DNA of 64,000 nucleotides from Tubiluchus corallicola (lineage: Eukaryota > Animalia > Priapulida): positions 124,001-188,000 of the forward strand of contig JAQGDQ010000363.1 in assembly GCA_030141605.1 (NCBI GenBank), given 5' to 3'. Positions 37,148-57,287 of this stretch are shown here, one piece after another; positions within the stretch are counted from its first letter, which is position 1, and every line of letters begins with the position of its first letter. The notes below the pieces were generated by a model. That model was not told the DNA's origin, searched no databases, and saw only the letters and a program-made list of their open reading frames with translations. The position numbers and the translations under genes are program-made.

Positions 37148-40100
37148 ATATATATATATATATATACCATTGGCTCTTGTTTTTTAGCTTTTTCCTATAT
37201 CGTACATTTTTGTTTTCCTAATTATCATGGACGTACTGTTTTCAGTATTGCGGTAACTAATAACTTAGATCAGCTCTCGATACTCAGCTGGTAAGTAGCC
37301 CTATATTTATAGATATAGTAAAGTTGTGAAATTCATCAACTTCCGTGCTAAAAAACGGGCACAGGCAATCTAAATATAGGCCACAAAAAACGTAAGCGTG
37401 ATATAATCGTGACTTTAGTTTAAATTCATTGATAAGCCCATCCTACTGAATTACGTAGAAAACAGTTAAGTCAGATGTTCATCTTAAACGAAATGAATGA
37501 TAGATGACCGACTAATATCCCGTTTCTAAGCCAATACACCAGTGTCAAATGTACAAAATACATCCCTGTAAGCCCCGATATTTATAAAACAAATCACTCC
37601 TGACGTAAGCATTAGTATTTTGCTATATTTAGTAATGTTTTGTCTGCTATGGTCTTAGTTACCGGAATAAAAATTTGAATTGAATTGAATGAGAAGAAAA
37701 AGTTTGCAAGTGAATTTTTTGGTAGTACATATATTTAGATTTCGCGTTTTTTGGCTTTGGTCCTTATTTTTTCTGCTCCCCTTGCTCGTTTTCTTTGCCC
37801 TGCTCATCTGCCTACACCAACACTTAAATACTTAACATGTCAAACAGTAGAATATGCGACCATGACACGTATTGGTCCACTTTCCTCTACTGTGCACAGC
37901 GAAAAAACGCGTTATAAAGCGGAGAGCTAACAAACTGTTTGTACAAGTGTTAGTTTGGCCAGCTTAGCCAAAGGAAATACAGTTGTTAACTGACAAATAA
38001 TTTGTCAAGTGGAGAAAAAACCGAAAAAACCGAAAGCCGACAAGATTTGGTAAAGACGAAATCCGACATGTTCTTTCAAACTCCTACAGTGCATGCAATA
38101 GAAACTGAGCTGTACAATAAATCTCTGCGTTCAAACAATTCCAGTCTTTCTTCAATAGCACTAGACTAATGCACAATTCAAGTCTATTAACAGTGTTGTC
38201 AGCCTGTATAGCTGCGCCATTTTTGTTTACTAGACAAACAGCGGTGTTTACATTTCTTCAAATAGGCCCTAACTAACTGTTTGGAGAAGGAGAATTTGTT
38301 TATTTATCAAATTTGAACAATAATTCTATATCTCCACGTTTATATTAGACAGTAGCAAGGCGTTTTTGTGAGGTTTACACATGATTGTATATTCTTTCAC
38401 AAAGATAATTGTGTAGTTTGTGTGATAAACAATGTAGTTATCATTGTAGTTATCATTGTTACATTGTTAACAATGTAGTTTTAAAAATTGCATCGATTGT
38501 AGATTACTCGTACATTGATGATCATCAGGTCTGCGTGATTAATCGACGCCATCTTTGGAAGCTTCACCATTTATAAAAAAGTCCACAATTCAGCAATAAT
38601 TATTATTTATGCGCAAGTTTTGCAGAACGACTAAACTATAGTATATAGAACTTGTTAAATTAATTTTAAACAGCCGTCGCCAGACACAAAGACCCCAGCA
38701 CCAACAGAAAATGCGTCGTCTAAAGGCCACTTCAAACTTGGAGCTGCTATTTGTTCAGCTCTCCTGTACTCGTTTTCCCATTCACACTGCCTGCTACTCG
38801 AGACTGTTTTAAATAGCAAGTTAACGTTTACATGTAAGTTATTAGAGTTGAGTTTATTTAGTTGATCGTGGGAGCGTATTGACTTGCAGATAACGTAAGT
38901 TTAAGATACAGTTTAACATGCAGGATAATTTGCCAGCTTCCTCACAGCATGCCTTCTAGGATAATGTAAGCCGTTAATCAAGTTACATCCTTTAAATGAC
39001 ACTTTTCATTTGCAGTTGGAGCTGATATACCTTGCCAGGTGACGCGCATGCGCAGATGTACATCCATGTTAAAAATTCGGTTGTCAATTGCACATAACTG
39101 CAGACCTGATACATAAACTAACAGTTGCACGTCTCGTGATATTAGGGTGAGCAACGGTGTGAGACAAGGCAGCACATCGTCATTGAAATTATTTAATTAC
39201 AACTATTATGAGCTGAGACAAAAAATGATCAAGTATGCCGTTTTTGCGGTTGTTTTAGACGTAGCCAAACCAATACATTACTGGAGATAAAATGACCAAA
39301 ACTTATAAGTAACAAAATCAAAGAAGAAAAATTGACAAGAAAGATTAAACGCTGGAGACTTAACTAGTTTGGTTACACCTGAAGATAGTCCACTTATTAA
39401 AGCTTCCACGAATCAATTCAACCATCAAAACAAATAAACAAGAGGTGGTAGATTATTTAAAGGAACATCTCAAATTCTGAAAGATACTTCATATTGGAAA
39501 GTAGCTGAGAAGTGAAGCTTTTAAAAGAAGAAGATTAACAGTGTTATGTCCTTCGATGTATGAACACATAATACGATTGACATGATATGAGACATAAATA
39601 CAAATACCTGATCCACGATGATGATAGCTGCTTAATTACGTCTAATATAAACGGTACAACAACTGGTACATGCGTCCATTTAGACTACGAACATAAAAAC
39701 ACTGTCGATTGAAAAATACTAACATTCTTTCTAACAGACTTGCCTGACAGATATCTGTCTAACAACCTGACAGATATGAGCTTCGAAAATTCAAACATCT
39801 TAAGCCAAAATTACATTAAATTCTAAGCAGAAGCCAAAAGCTTAAGTTACTTTATATCAACTTTTGCAATAAATGCATCTACGAAGCATTGCCATGTATT
39901 ATCGAATTCTGTTTTACTTAAATTTATAACGCATCAAATCACGCCATAACAATTTCCGTACTACGTGCTTTATAAACAGAATGTTCATTTTCCGGTTCAA
40001 AGTCTCTCTGCTTATGACTGAGAAACCTCATGGCTGTTTTACGAGGAATAAAGAATCAGGTTTTCTTAGGTGCAAGTCAATAAAGAAAGAATCCCTCCTG

Positions 40101-40944
40101 TAGGAGAGAGCCTCATAATTGTCTCCTGGCTGAGTTCTGGATGATCATAAAAGCGTAAGAGAGCTTATTAGTCGCTGTGCCAGGCGGGAAGAGGAGGAAA
40201 ATTTACACAAATAATCAGCTGTTTCCTTCGCAAATGCTTAACTGTAATCACCTTTACTAATAGAAAACTGAAACTGAATGAAAGCTTTCAAACTGCGCAA
40301 CAGCAGTGTCAGTTTATGACGAATAACGAAGAGAAAAATTTACATAAAATCTGCACTGAACATAGGAACTGCATGAGCTGTGTTCACAGCCAAGGTTGGT
40401 ACAGGTAGAATTCTTGGTAAGAGATTATAATTCCCCATACAAAACCCTAACAAGAACAATAATCCCAACACTAAGTTAGATGCTAATCCGCTTCAGGTAC
40501 TAGTTTCTAGTGTGTGGAGAAGTGTAAATTTTAGCAGACTTTTTCATAATTTCATTTCACTCATTGTGTCACATTTTCTTGAAACAGACCTTCGTTTTCA
40601 ATATTTAAGGACTGATTTCTCTACCAGCTTTTCGTCAACTAGAAGACCGAGTGACGGTAACAGATCTCTTTTTTTGCCTCCGCTACTTTGGATCTTCAGG
40701 AAAGCCCGTAATGTTGTTTAACAAATTTGTTTCCATATACAGGGCGCTTCAAAAGTCCAAGTTTCTCTTTGCCAGTAAGGACTGTCGGATTTTAAGGACT
40801 GAATTGCCGTCTATGTTGCCTTCGCCACACTGATCTGATTGATACGTTCGAATCTCAGGCAATAATGATTAGCTAACTGCTTTAACGGTTGAATTAGCGA
40901 ATTAGTTTAGTATATCGGTTCGTTAGTAGTGGCTGGCTGACAAA

Positions 40945-41680
<736 letters not shown>

Positions 41681-42360
41681 TCACTTTTCATTTCAAATCA
41701 AAGGTTCGTAGCATAAAACATTTATATATTTACAACAAGAAACAAACACAAACACACACACACACACACACACACACGCGCGCACGCACGCACGCACACG
41801 CACACACATTTTAATGTAATTCACACACGTTAAAACACAATAAATTAGTAAACGAGCGACTGACTGGCTGATTCACAGACTGACGGACTGACTGACTAAC
41901 TGACTGAACGATGCTGATTGATTGACTAATTTACTGATTGACCAATCTACCAACTGACTGAACGACACTAACTGACTGACTGATGACTAACTGACTAAAA
42001 GGGCAACCAACCGACTGATTGTATGATGGCCCAAATAACCAAGAAGAAAAAGCAGAAGATCGACGAACCATTCAACTATTAGCTTCCTGGTCACTTGCAA
42101 TAAACTTTATAGACCAATAGAAAGGTTTCCAGTTGACAGATTGAAATGGCTTTGAGAAGAAACTGAAAACAATTTCTACGATTAATGATCAACGAAGTTT
42201 GTTGTGCGCCGAGGAAACCACGCTGTGAAACGGTCATTTCACACCTTCATTGGTAAAACATTAAACTGTGGAAACGACGCTTTGCAGACTAAAAGCTACT
42301 ATGATGAAACCAAGTGGCTTAATTACAGCTTCCTGAGAACATAAAGCGAGTTGAGATACT

Positions 42361-42630
42361 GAAGAAGAAGATGAAGAAGAAGAAGAAGAAGAAGAAGAAG
42401 AAGGAGAAAAAGAAGAAGAAAAAGAAAAAGAAGAATGAGAAAAAAAGGAGAAAAAGAAGAAGGAAATGGTCTAATGCCAGGTGACACACGTGGTTAGCCC
42501 GCACCTGCCTTTCTTGTATCCTCTATCCAATTAGGGCTGGGTAGACCTAGGAAGCTGGGAAGAGAGTCCTGTTAGAGAGGAGCATGGTTCGAAGAAACTC
42601 AGAATCCAGAACTTCTGGATGAACCCTTTA
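42361..42630 (-). mobile_element. possible decayed SINE with (TTC)n tail
   Basis: minus strand GTCTACCCAGCCCTAATTGGA resembles the SINE central CCCAGCTGTAAATGGG motif; ends in (TTC)n. Confidence 0.3.
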
Positions 42631-42683
42631 CGTTTAATAGAATAATAATATTATTTTATGTCTTTAACATTAGACCCATTTAA

Positions 42684-43046
42684 CATGTGTCTGTGTGCGT
42701 GCTTTCTCACCTGTGCGTGTGCATGTGTGTCTATGTGCGTGATTTCTCACCTGTGCGTGTGCATGTGTGTCTGTGTGCGTGCTTTCTCACCTGTGCGTGT
42801 ACATGTGTGTCTATGTGCGTGATTTCTCACCTGTGCGTGTGCATGTGTGTCTATGTGCGTGATTTCCCACCTGTGTGTGTGCATGTGTGTCTGTGTGCGT
42901 GCTTTCTCACCTGTGCGTGTGCTTGTGTGTCTGTGTGCGTGCTTTCTCACCTGTGCGTGTACATGTGTGTCTGTGTGCGTGATTTCTCACCTGTGCGTGT
43001 GCATGTGTGTCTGTGTGCCTGATTTCTCACCTGTGCGTGTGCATGT
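42684..43046. repeat. 40-bp minisatellite x9
   Basis: CATGTGTGTCTRTGTGCGTGMTTTCTCACCTGTGCGTGTR. Confidence 0.95.
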
Positions 43047-44549
43047 GAAGTTGAGCATTAGTGTCCACAGGGACGAACTTTTAAAATGCCTTGTCTTCCT
43101 GGAAAGGACATGTTATGAGGTCAATTGGTACATAGTGGACACTGTTAGAGATCAAAGGTCACGTTTCAAAAAGGTTATGTTTTTTAAACAGCGCAATATA
43201 GACGTGTGGAGATGTAGTTGAAAACACATAGAAACCAGTTTGGACTTTAGACTATTCATGCCATGTGTCATCTTTGTTAATAATTCAGGGTCAATTGGTA
43301 TTTAAATGACCTTGTTAGAAGTCAAAGGCCACGTTTCAAAAATGTTGCATCAAATCCAGTGCAGTCAAAAATTCTGAGCAATATAAAATAAAAACGTAAT
43401 TCGAGTATCCACATAAAAAATACGTGTGTATTGTTTATAAGTAATTACAATATAATTATAAACATAAGTAAATTAATAATTATAAGCTTTCATGTGATGT
43501 TATAATTAGAACTGAATACTGAAAGCTCTAATTATAATGTGAGTGGCTTTTCAACGTTGAATATACTATAAGAGGTATGGACATACATTATAGTATGGTA
43601 TATACTATAAAATGGAAAGCAGAGCCGGGTGTGTCCGCAGTCTTTACTCTTTCAGGCCTTCGTATGTCAAATTCGATAACATAATAGCCAGAGACGGGTA
43701 AAAACTGTTCAAATTCAATAGTAAGATATAATACGTGTGCGAATATACAATGTACGTGCCTATACATACACATTGCATAGTTACATTAGAAAAATTCAGG
43801 CGACAGAAAGTGAAAAAGTTGAAATACAGTACGTTCTAGGATACCGTGTAGTCGAACAGCTAGCTGAGAACAATGCAACAATGGCGGAAAACAGCGTAGT
43901 GCTAAAGAACATAAAATATGAGAATGGTCTCCTGATACTTTTTATTTTTAATAACACGATAAAACTTTTGAAATAAATAATTAATCTGTCTAACACTAAT
44001 GAAGGTATTTAACTTTTTATTCGAAGCACTGAAAGTAAACGTACAGGGTGACAGGAAACAATAGACCTTATAGACTTGAACAAAGTGCTAAAACTTGATT
44101 ATGATGTATGTATCTAGCAGAGGTCCTGTGGCCTCGCCGGCAATGCTGTCATGGACTTAAAACTCTTATACTTTTTGCAAATATGAAGCAAGTTCCTACA
44201 CTGTTGATCCCAGGATTATATAGAGCCAGCCAGCTGCTATTTAGAAAAGCGAGTTTTTGTGGGTCAAGACGAGATGTGTGGAGGAGAAAATAGCGAATAT
44301 TCGCGCGGAGAATTGACTAAAACAGGTGCTCGGCGAAGAGAGAAATTTAACTTCAATGAATCGGAAAGATGCGCTTTATAGATCGGCAGAACGCGAATTT
44401 TAAAGGCTGTTAGGGGTATGCTCGGTTAATAGCACGAGAAAAGCTTCGAGAGCAGGGAAAGAAAATGAAAGAGTGAAAGAAAGCCTGAAGGAAGAAAAGA
44501 GCGAGCGTGAGAGAAAAGAAAGGTAGAGGAAAGTATAGAGAAAATACAG

Positions 44550-44647
44550 AGATAGAGAGAGTGTAGTGAGAGAGAGAGAGAGAAAGAGAGAAAAACGGGG
44601 AGAGAAAGTTAGAGACAGGGAGAGATGGAAAAGGGGAGAGAGAGCAG

Positions 44648-44689
<42 letters not shown>

Positions 44690-44722
44690 CAGAGAGAGAA
44701 TGAGAGAGAAAGAGAGAAAAAG

Positions 44723-44782
<60 letters not shown>

Positions 44783-44876
44783 TGAGTGAGTGAGAGAGAG
44801 AGAGAGGAACAGAGAGAGAGAAAGGAACAGAGAGAGAATGAGAGAGAAAGAGAGAAAAAGAGAGAGAAAGAGAGAG

Positions 44877-44928
<52 letters not shown>

Positions 44929-44933
44929 TGAGT

Positions 44934-45000
<67 letters not shown>
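44550..45000. repeat. (GA)n microsatellite tract
   Basis: direct reading. Confidence 0.95.
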
Positions 45001-45003
<3 letters not shown>

Positions 45004-47276
45004 TATTCAAATTCAAAAGATTATTTTTTCTTCTCTCAACCAAAACTATTATGATATTCAAATTATTTACCCAAAGTAACTGTAAATTATGTAAAACAAC
45101 GAATTATGTAATACTGAACAATCACTGAGAGATAAGATTGCTTAAGCATACTCCAGATAGGAACAAATTTGCTCGGATGAACAAAAAATTCGCTGCTGAT
45201 TTCCTTTTATAAACTGTGTTATTCGAAATCACGGAACATAGGTTTAGTATAACGCAATTAAAAGCGCTTGAAACTACAAAAAGTGCAGATACTTTTACAA
45301 AAACTTATAACCCTCCAAGAAATACAAAATCACGTTGTCTTACGTTTAAGATGTCTCCAGACTTGGTAAAAATCGCTGAAAATTCAACACGGGTATCGAA
45401 AACTGACGATTTTCACACACCATACAAACCAGCGTATATTGCAAGCACACAAACGTCACTGATGCTAGAGAGAGAGCTGCATCCAACAGCAGCAGCAGCA
45501 CAGCCTCCGTATCTCACGCAGAGCGCTCACAGGGAACGCGCAAGCATCCTGACCGTCTCTAAGTGTTAGGAAAAGTTTACCCGAGTAATAAGACTACTTA
45601 CTGACTGTATTAAAATATTACTGTTACTATATAACCGGAAATTAATTCCCGGAGAAAATTTTGACTGACTGTGAGGCTGCACCTGCTGTTTGTACTGCGC
45701 ATGCGCAAGGAAAAAACGCGGATTTCTTTCCAGATTTCCAGCAAGTCGCTCCAAACAAGACAAGTGGTCATTTAAGGTAAAAACTATAGCAGAAGGGAAG
45801 AAATATCATTACAATGTTTGTACATAATTTGCTAATGACAGGAGTAAGATTTGTTAACGTGGGGTAGTTTCTAGAGAGAGACAGTTTTTTCTGGTAAAGA
45901 ATTCCACAGATAAGTGGCCCTGTGGAAAAAAACTGGATTTAATTTTATAAGCAGGCATTTTGCATATAGAACTGGAGAGGTTTCTTAATATACATTCCAT
46001 GGGCAAGAGACTGCAGGGTTAATGCTAAATCAGATCCAAATTTGATAACCTTTGTAACATTTTGATAAGAAACGCTAGGTAATTAATCATGTTAGTGTAA
46101 GAAAGTAAAATGGCAAATTTATTACACAAAATATTTTTGCTCTACATTGACAAGAGAATATAAACCTTTGTGATACGTTAATTTAAATGCTAGAACGCTT
46201 GCTTTTAAACAGATCCGACTTTCAGGCTTTGCTCAAGAAGCGAATTTTGCATAATTCTTTCTTTTCAGCAATATTAGCTACTTAGCATCCTTCTTAGCAT
46301 CAAAAAACACATATGTTATTAACAACTTGTTTTGAAATTTCATTAGTATGATTAGTAGATACCTCAACTAGCTGTGAATGGGGGTTACTACAATCTAAGC
46401 GTAACATAGTTTATTAGCACAGTATTAATTCATTAGTTAACTAATTAAATTGGTGCAGTTTGGGTAACTAAGTTCGATGACGTTGATTGTTTACGCTCTA
46501 CGCATAAAAGAGCTTGAAAATTTATATTAATGCCAGCAAGTTAGCAACGCCTTGAAGCATTCTTACTCAGGTAACAGACATGCCTATACGTACAGTATTT
46601 CTTCACACTTACATACGATATTGTACAGCCTTTAATCTGTGGAAATTTTATATTTGTTAAAAAAAAGTCGTCCAATGCGCAACACAAAACCTAAAGTGAA
46701 CAGTGCCAATGATTTCGCACCTTTACCTGAACGAAGGGGGAGGTGTGTCTAAAACAGGGGAGTTGGAAAACGATCACTACCATGGACACAGCAACCTGTC
46801 AACCAAATCAGGCCTCTCACCTTAATCTAGGCTGCCTGCTTTAGACATCGTTGCATTTTTTGACATAAGCTTTTTTTATCTCTAGAATTTTTATGAAACT
46901 TCCCCTCTCCACCCAGGGGACAATGGGCTTGCTTTTGGGAGAGAAAGGCTGAAAAGAATTTGGGAAAATGATTGAGAGCAAAGCTGAGTCATAAACTGGC
47001 CCTTTTGTCGCGCAATTAACATGAAAATATGCACAGCGATTCGTAAACATAGAAATATTAAAGCCAGCCACTTTGCTAGGTTGCCAAGCGACCAAGGTCA
47101 AAGGTCAAACTTCTTGAGTGATGTCTTTCAGTAAAAATACGAAATTCACAGACTAGAGCCGTGATGTAGGTCTACAAAACTTTTGCACTGAATCGCAACA
47201 AACATAATTCTACATTTTGGTGTAACAAATTAAGGGCTTATCTGGTATATCAGTTTTGCTATAAAACAAGTTGAGC

Positions 47277-48212
47277 AATCTGTTATAAGCTGTATAATAT
47301 GTTAGAAGATGAATAATCTATTATAAACTGAGTAATATTTTATAGGCTGAGTAATCTGTTATAAGCTAAGTAGTCTGGTATAAACTGAGTAATCTGTTAT
47401 AAGCTGAGTAATATGTTATAAACTCAATAATCTGTTGTAAGCTGAGTAATGTATTATAAACTGAATATCTGTTATAAGCTGAGTAATCTGTTATAAACTG
47501 AAAAATCTGTTATAAGCTGAGTAATCTGTTATAAACTCAATAATCTGTTATAAGCTGAGTAATGTATTATAAGCTGAATATCTGTTATAAGCTGAGTAAT
47601 CTGTTATAAGCTGAGTACCGTATTTTCCCGTGTATAAGAGACCCTTTTTTGCTCAGAATTTTCACTTTAAAAATAGGGGGTCTCTTATACATGGGAGTAA
47701 GTCTTTTCAATAAGATGCATAAATTGTGACACTAATGATTTTAAAGAAATAAGTGCTCTACAACTGTTTTGCGTGTCGCGTTCGACTATGAAGCGGTTGT
47801 AAGCAATACAAGCATCGTGACACAGGCATTATCTCCTCGTTTTCTCTTTTCCTGTTACAGGTTTGCAGGTACGCACTTTAATATATACCAGTACTCTTTT
47901 TCTACAACACATTAACTGGTTTTATTTTGTTTTCAGTACCGCACTGAGTTGAAAAAAGTTGTACTTTACCCTCTAAAAATGTCCGTCTGAAAAAACTTTT
48001 TTCCAGAATTTTTGCCTAAAAATTGAAGGGGTCTCTTATACACAAGGGTCTCTTATACACGGGAAAATACGGTAATCTGTTATAAACCGAATAATCTGTT
48101 ATAAGCTGAGTAATCTGTTATAAACTGAGTCATTTATTATAAGATGAATAATCTGTTATAAGCTGAGTAATGTGTTATAAACTGAGTAATCTGTTATAAG
48201 CTGAGTAATCTG
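47277..48212. repeat. 19-bp minisatellite (TAATCTGTTATAAGCTGAG) interrupted by a MITE
   Basis: array continues in register on both sides of 47618-48072. Confidence 0.9.
47618..48072. mobile_element. Tc1/mariner-pogo (Tigger-like) MITE
   Basis: perfect 29-bp TIR CCGTATTTTCCCGTGTATAAGAGACCCTT; TA target duplication. Confidence 0.9.
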
Positions 48213-48883
48213 TATATGTATTTGCATTATTATAAATAATGATGGAACTAAAGTAAAAAGTAGGCAAGCAATCTTAACCATTGCTTTGAAAATAAACCCG
48301 AAGTGCAAAATTAGCAACGATGCGCGTACCTTCACCACTAAGCCATTACGCCGCGTCATTCAGCCAAGGTTCAATCTCATTACCAATTTAGATCGTCTAC
48401 ATCTCTTATCGACAACCCCTAGAATAACGAAGACCACCTCGGTATTACGCATAAACATTCGCGGTTCACTGCTTGTGTGTATAAATTATAAAGGTTAGTG
48501 CACACGGTATTAAAGTCTGAAGAGTACACACTTAACAACAAGAGGATTGCTACCCTGAGTATCTTGTAACCACCTTACTAATGAAATCTGATCATCAATA
48601 AACGCTCAAGCATCAAATTAAGCTCCTGTTGATTGACTGTCTGCATCTGTTGCCACGCTACGATCACGGAAGATGCTGCTGACTTCAGGAGTTTGTAAAC
48701 AATGCAAGGTCTGTTTTTGTCTGTTCACGATTTAACTAAATTCGCTATTTATAATTTTATTTCTAACTTATGTATATGTGTGCTTGTGTGCGTGCGTGTG
48801 TGTGTGTGGTCTCTGAACACTAATTGCGGCAGTATGACGTCACAAACTTTAACTAGTTATTTTCTCAGACCTATTTCTATGTG

Positions 48884-49400
<517 letters not shown>

Positions 49401-50542
49401 TTATTGGTAACATCTTTTATTTCGAACGTACTTTGCATAAGTATTTCATAAAACAATGTTATTGATCAACATTATTTACACGATTAGTAATAAAATAACC
49501 ATAATGATTTTAAAAAAGATAAATGGACGTTACCAATAAGCTAGTTAAGCCAATATAAGCCAAATATTTATGATAAAATATATATGAGCAGTACAATCTT
49601 CTTGCAAATTAACATGTAACAGTGTAATCTAGAATCGACTGGAGCTGTGCTGTGTTTAAAAAATTGAAATCTTTACTTTCTAACCATTTGATTCAGTCTC
49701 TAGCCATATTAACAATTACCTGTTGGTTTCCTATAAAAGCGTTTTTTCATTGATCTCTTTGCAAAAATATTATATCCATTTTCTAACTGATAACTACTAC
49801 AGTTCAATGTGCAACACATATGTCGTAAAGTAAAGCTCATGCTAATTTAACAGTGAACAGAGCTTTGTCAGTTATCAGTAGTTATTGAAAGAAAATGGCA
49901 GAATAAGTAACTGGTAGATCTGGAACATAGTCGCCGTATTTAACGTTTTAATAAAAAAATATTAATTCCAATATTTTAACGAAATACCTAATGTATTTCT
50001 GTGGTGCTGTGTGATACATCAACTTTTACAGCAAACTACGTACATTGCTAGAAGGTTCCCAAATCATGTACACGTATGCTATACCAAAGCCATTATTATT
50101 TTTATGAATAGTTGGTGAAGTACAAGCGTCCTGCCTAGGCAACCATCTTATTAGAAGGACAGCTGGAGGCATACTGCCCTGCTACATGGTCTTGTGGAAT
50201 AATCTACCAGGCGGGCAGAACCATTCATAATTCGGTTCTTAGTTTTCTGTAGAGATGGTATTTAAATAGCCCATTGAAATTTACTCATTTGTGTAAGTAA
50301 AAAGGTTTTCGCAATACACCGATCAATCTTCCATTTAACCTCCAGCATATTCAGAGAAGTTGTCACTAAGTTTGGGAATTTTCCTGGAGCATCCCGTTAC
50401 ATTGGTGACTCCGGGTGATTCCTACAAGATGCACTTATCCCGGTGGATGCAAAGGGGTTTAAATTACCGTGAGTAAACAAGTTTAGACTACGGGCGACGG
50501 AAGTTAGGACAAGATGTCTCGTTGCTACGCCAGCGTTTGTAT

Positions 50543-50709
50543 AACAGGTCAGTGTTACTACTTGAGGTCAAGGTCATGTAGGTGAAACAAAAGTAAGATG
50601 ATATTATGAGTAACTGAAAATTTTAAACAGGTCAGTGTTACTGCTTGAGGTCAAGGTCATGTAGGTGAAATAAAAGTAAGATGATATTGTGAGTAACTGA
50701 AAATTTTAA
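50543..50709. repeat. 83-bp tandem duplication
   Basis: AACAGGTCAGTGTTACT.CTTGAGGTCAAGGTCATGTAGG at 50543 and 50626. Confidence 0.9.
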
Positions 50710-51344
50710 CTATAGAAACGTAATGCACTGAACTGACTGTTTAATGCGGCATTGAACTTAAGTGATTTAGCCTGCTTGAATGACAGGTCGCCTGAATGCT
50801 TGGCTTCTTATCTGACTATTGTTTCCTAAGGGCTTCTAGTCTCTTTGTCTGCTTGACTGTTTGAGTGACTGACTGACTGACTGACTGACTGAATCAATCA
50901 CTTCCTACCGGAATTGTCTGTTGTAGTATACCGGGTGTTTCTCTGTCTGTCATTTACCATTTACTAGTTAATCAGTCAGTCAGTCAGTTAGGCATCAGTC
51001 AGTCTACCAGCCGGACAGCTATTCAGTGAGCTAGTAACTAAGACGTCATGCGTAGCGGGCAGGCAAAAATAACAGCCACTAAAGTTTGAACAAAAATGCA
51101 AATAACTCTTCATTTAATTAGGCTGAGCAGAAAATCAACATTTGCTTAAAATTAAAATGCTTCATACAAATGAACAGCAGTAAATAGGCACGTAATTACG
51201 AGTGTTAGTTCAGGAAAATTCCTGTGGTTTTAACGTAGTCTGAATGTCTGTTTAAAAGACAAGTTTCATCATGTCTTGCCCGAAGATAAAGAGTTGTATA
51301 ATTTTTATAATCTTCTATCTTTGCATTATTTCAGTGAAGAGGTG

Positions 51345-51556
51345 TCATCATCGTCATAATTATCATCATCATCATCATCATCGACGTCACGATCATCATC
51401 ATTATCATCATCATCGTTGTCGTCGTCGTCGTCGTCACCATCATCATCATCATCGTCATCATCATCACCATCATCAGCATCACCATCGTCGTCGTCGTCG
51501 TCGTCATCATCATCGTTGTCATCATCATCGTCATCATCATCATCAGCACCATCATC
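51345..51556. repeat. (CAT)/(CGT)n trinucleotide tract
   Basis: direct reading. Confidence 0.9.
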
Positions 51557-52479
51557 TAGCAACAGTCGTCATGATAAATTAAGCAGTTTAATAAGTTGCA
51601 AGGCATCGAATATATCGAGCTCAGGGTGCGATGAATGCGCATAACTATGTGGCGCCATCTATTTCTACCATAGGAATTACACAGTCAGAGGCATTGTCTG
51701 CTTTTGCTGCTTTACACGTACACTCCCCTTGTGACAATAATAGCAATACGTGTAATAAAATTCTTTGTTGCTGTAAAAATTATACGTTATTGAACGGTAA
51801 ACTACACATTCAAAATTTGCTGGTATAATTAGTGTTTTCACTGCTGTGAGCATTAGTCTTATCTTACAAACAAATGATTTTACAGCTGTGGTTGAGATTT
51901 TTTGTGAATTCCTAAATAGTTTTTGTATCGTCTTTGCAGCACGTTTAGAGAGCTCAGTAGGAATCTAACTTTTAAAACTCTTACAGGTCGATACGTGTAG
52001 ACTGGTGCATCCTGTAATATTTGCTTGTATATTAATACGATTATTAAAATCTATTATCTATTAGCATAATAAACTTCATTAATTTTGCCAGCATCCACTT
52101 GCTCAAACAGTTAAAAAGCATTCGCAAAAAGATTATTAACAAGAAGTTTGTTAAAAAGGATCACTGTATTATGGTCCCTGGTGTAGGCTACAAACCAAAC
52201 AAATGTGGGCACTTCTGTAACATACAGTGGGAAAAACAAAATTAAGAAAAATGCTTAGAACTCCCTCTTTTTTAATAAAAAGTGCTCATTAGCACATAAA
52301 CTCATTTGCACATAAATTTTATAAAACTTTTTATATAAAGTTCGTTGGTAACTCTCACAATATTATAAAAAAACACAATACAGGCAAAAAGTCACATAAA
52401 TAAAAACTCACTCAATACATTGGTACTTTACTCTACTTTAGTATAAAAGTTTACAATTTTTACAATACATATCACGTAC

Positions 52480-56825
<4,346 letters not shown>

Positions 56826-57287
56826 AATGTGAAATACTGTGAATTCTGAACCCTGTCACAGTAAGTCAACCAAGAACTGTGTGTCACTGTAATAATAATG
56901 ATGATGTTATGTTAATGATGGCTATTTAGTGGACGCATCGTGTCTATTAGAAGATTGCTCGTTGGTGTGCATTAGCCTTGATAAAATTATTTGAACCTGG
57001 AATTAAGCAAGTTTAATTAGACCGTGCCAATTGCAGTTGCGAATTTGTAATTAATGGTGACAAATTTCTTATTTTTTTGTAAACAGAGGAGTGTTTTTAT
57101 AAACAATATGCTCACTGAGATATCAGAAATTCATCAGAAATCTCTCAAGTGCCTGCAAATGTTAAAATGTTTAGATAAGACGTTCGTTTATATTTGCTGC
57201 ATAATAATTCTACGGTTGATTATTGATTTTATTCTATATGCAAATATGGTCCTCTTGTTTTGTGTCTTTACAATTTACTATTCATTT

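Noticed and set aside
38674-38833. Plus-strand candidate exon PSPDTKTPAP...
   Set aside because: AG/GT-bounded and open, but no partner exons or recognisable motif; flanked by a short inverted repeat suggesting a repeat.
45216-45569. 117-aa plus-strand ORF
   Set aside because: Non-ATG start, no motif and no splice context.
50100-50450. Coding-looking minus-strand stretch
   Set aside because: Stops in all frames and no recognisable homology.
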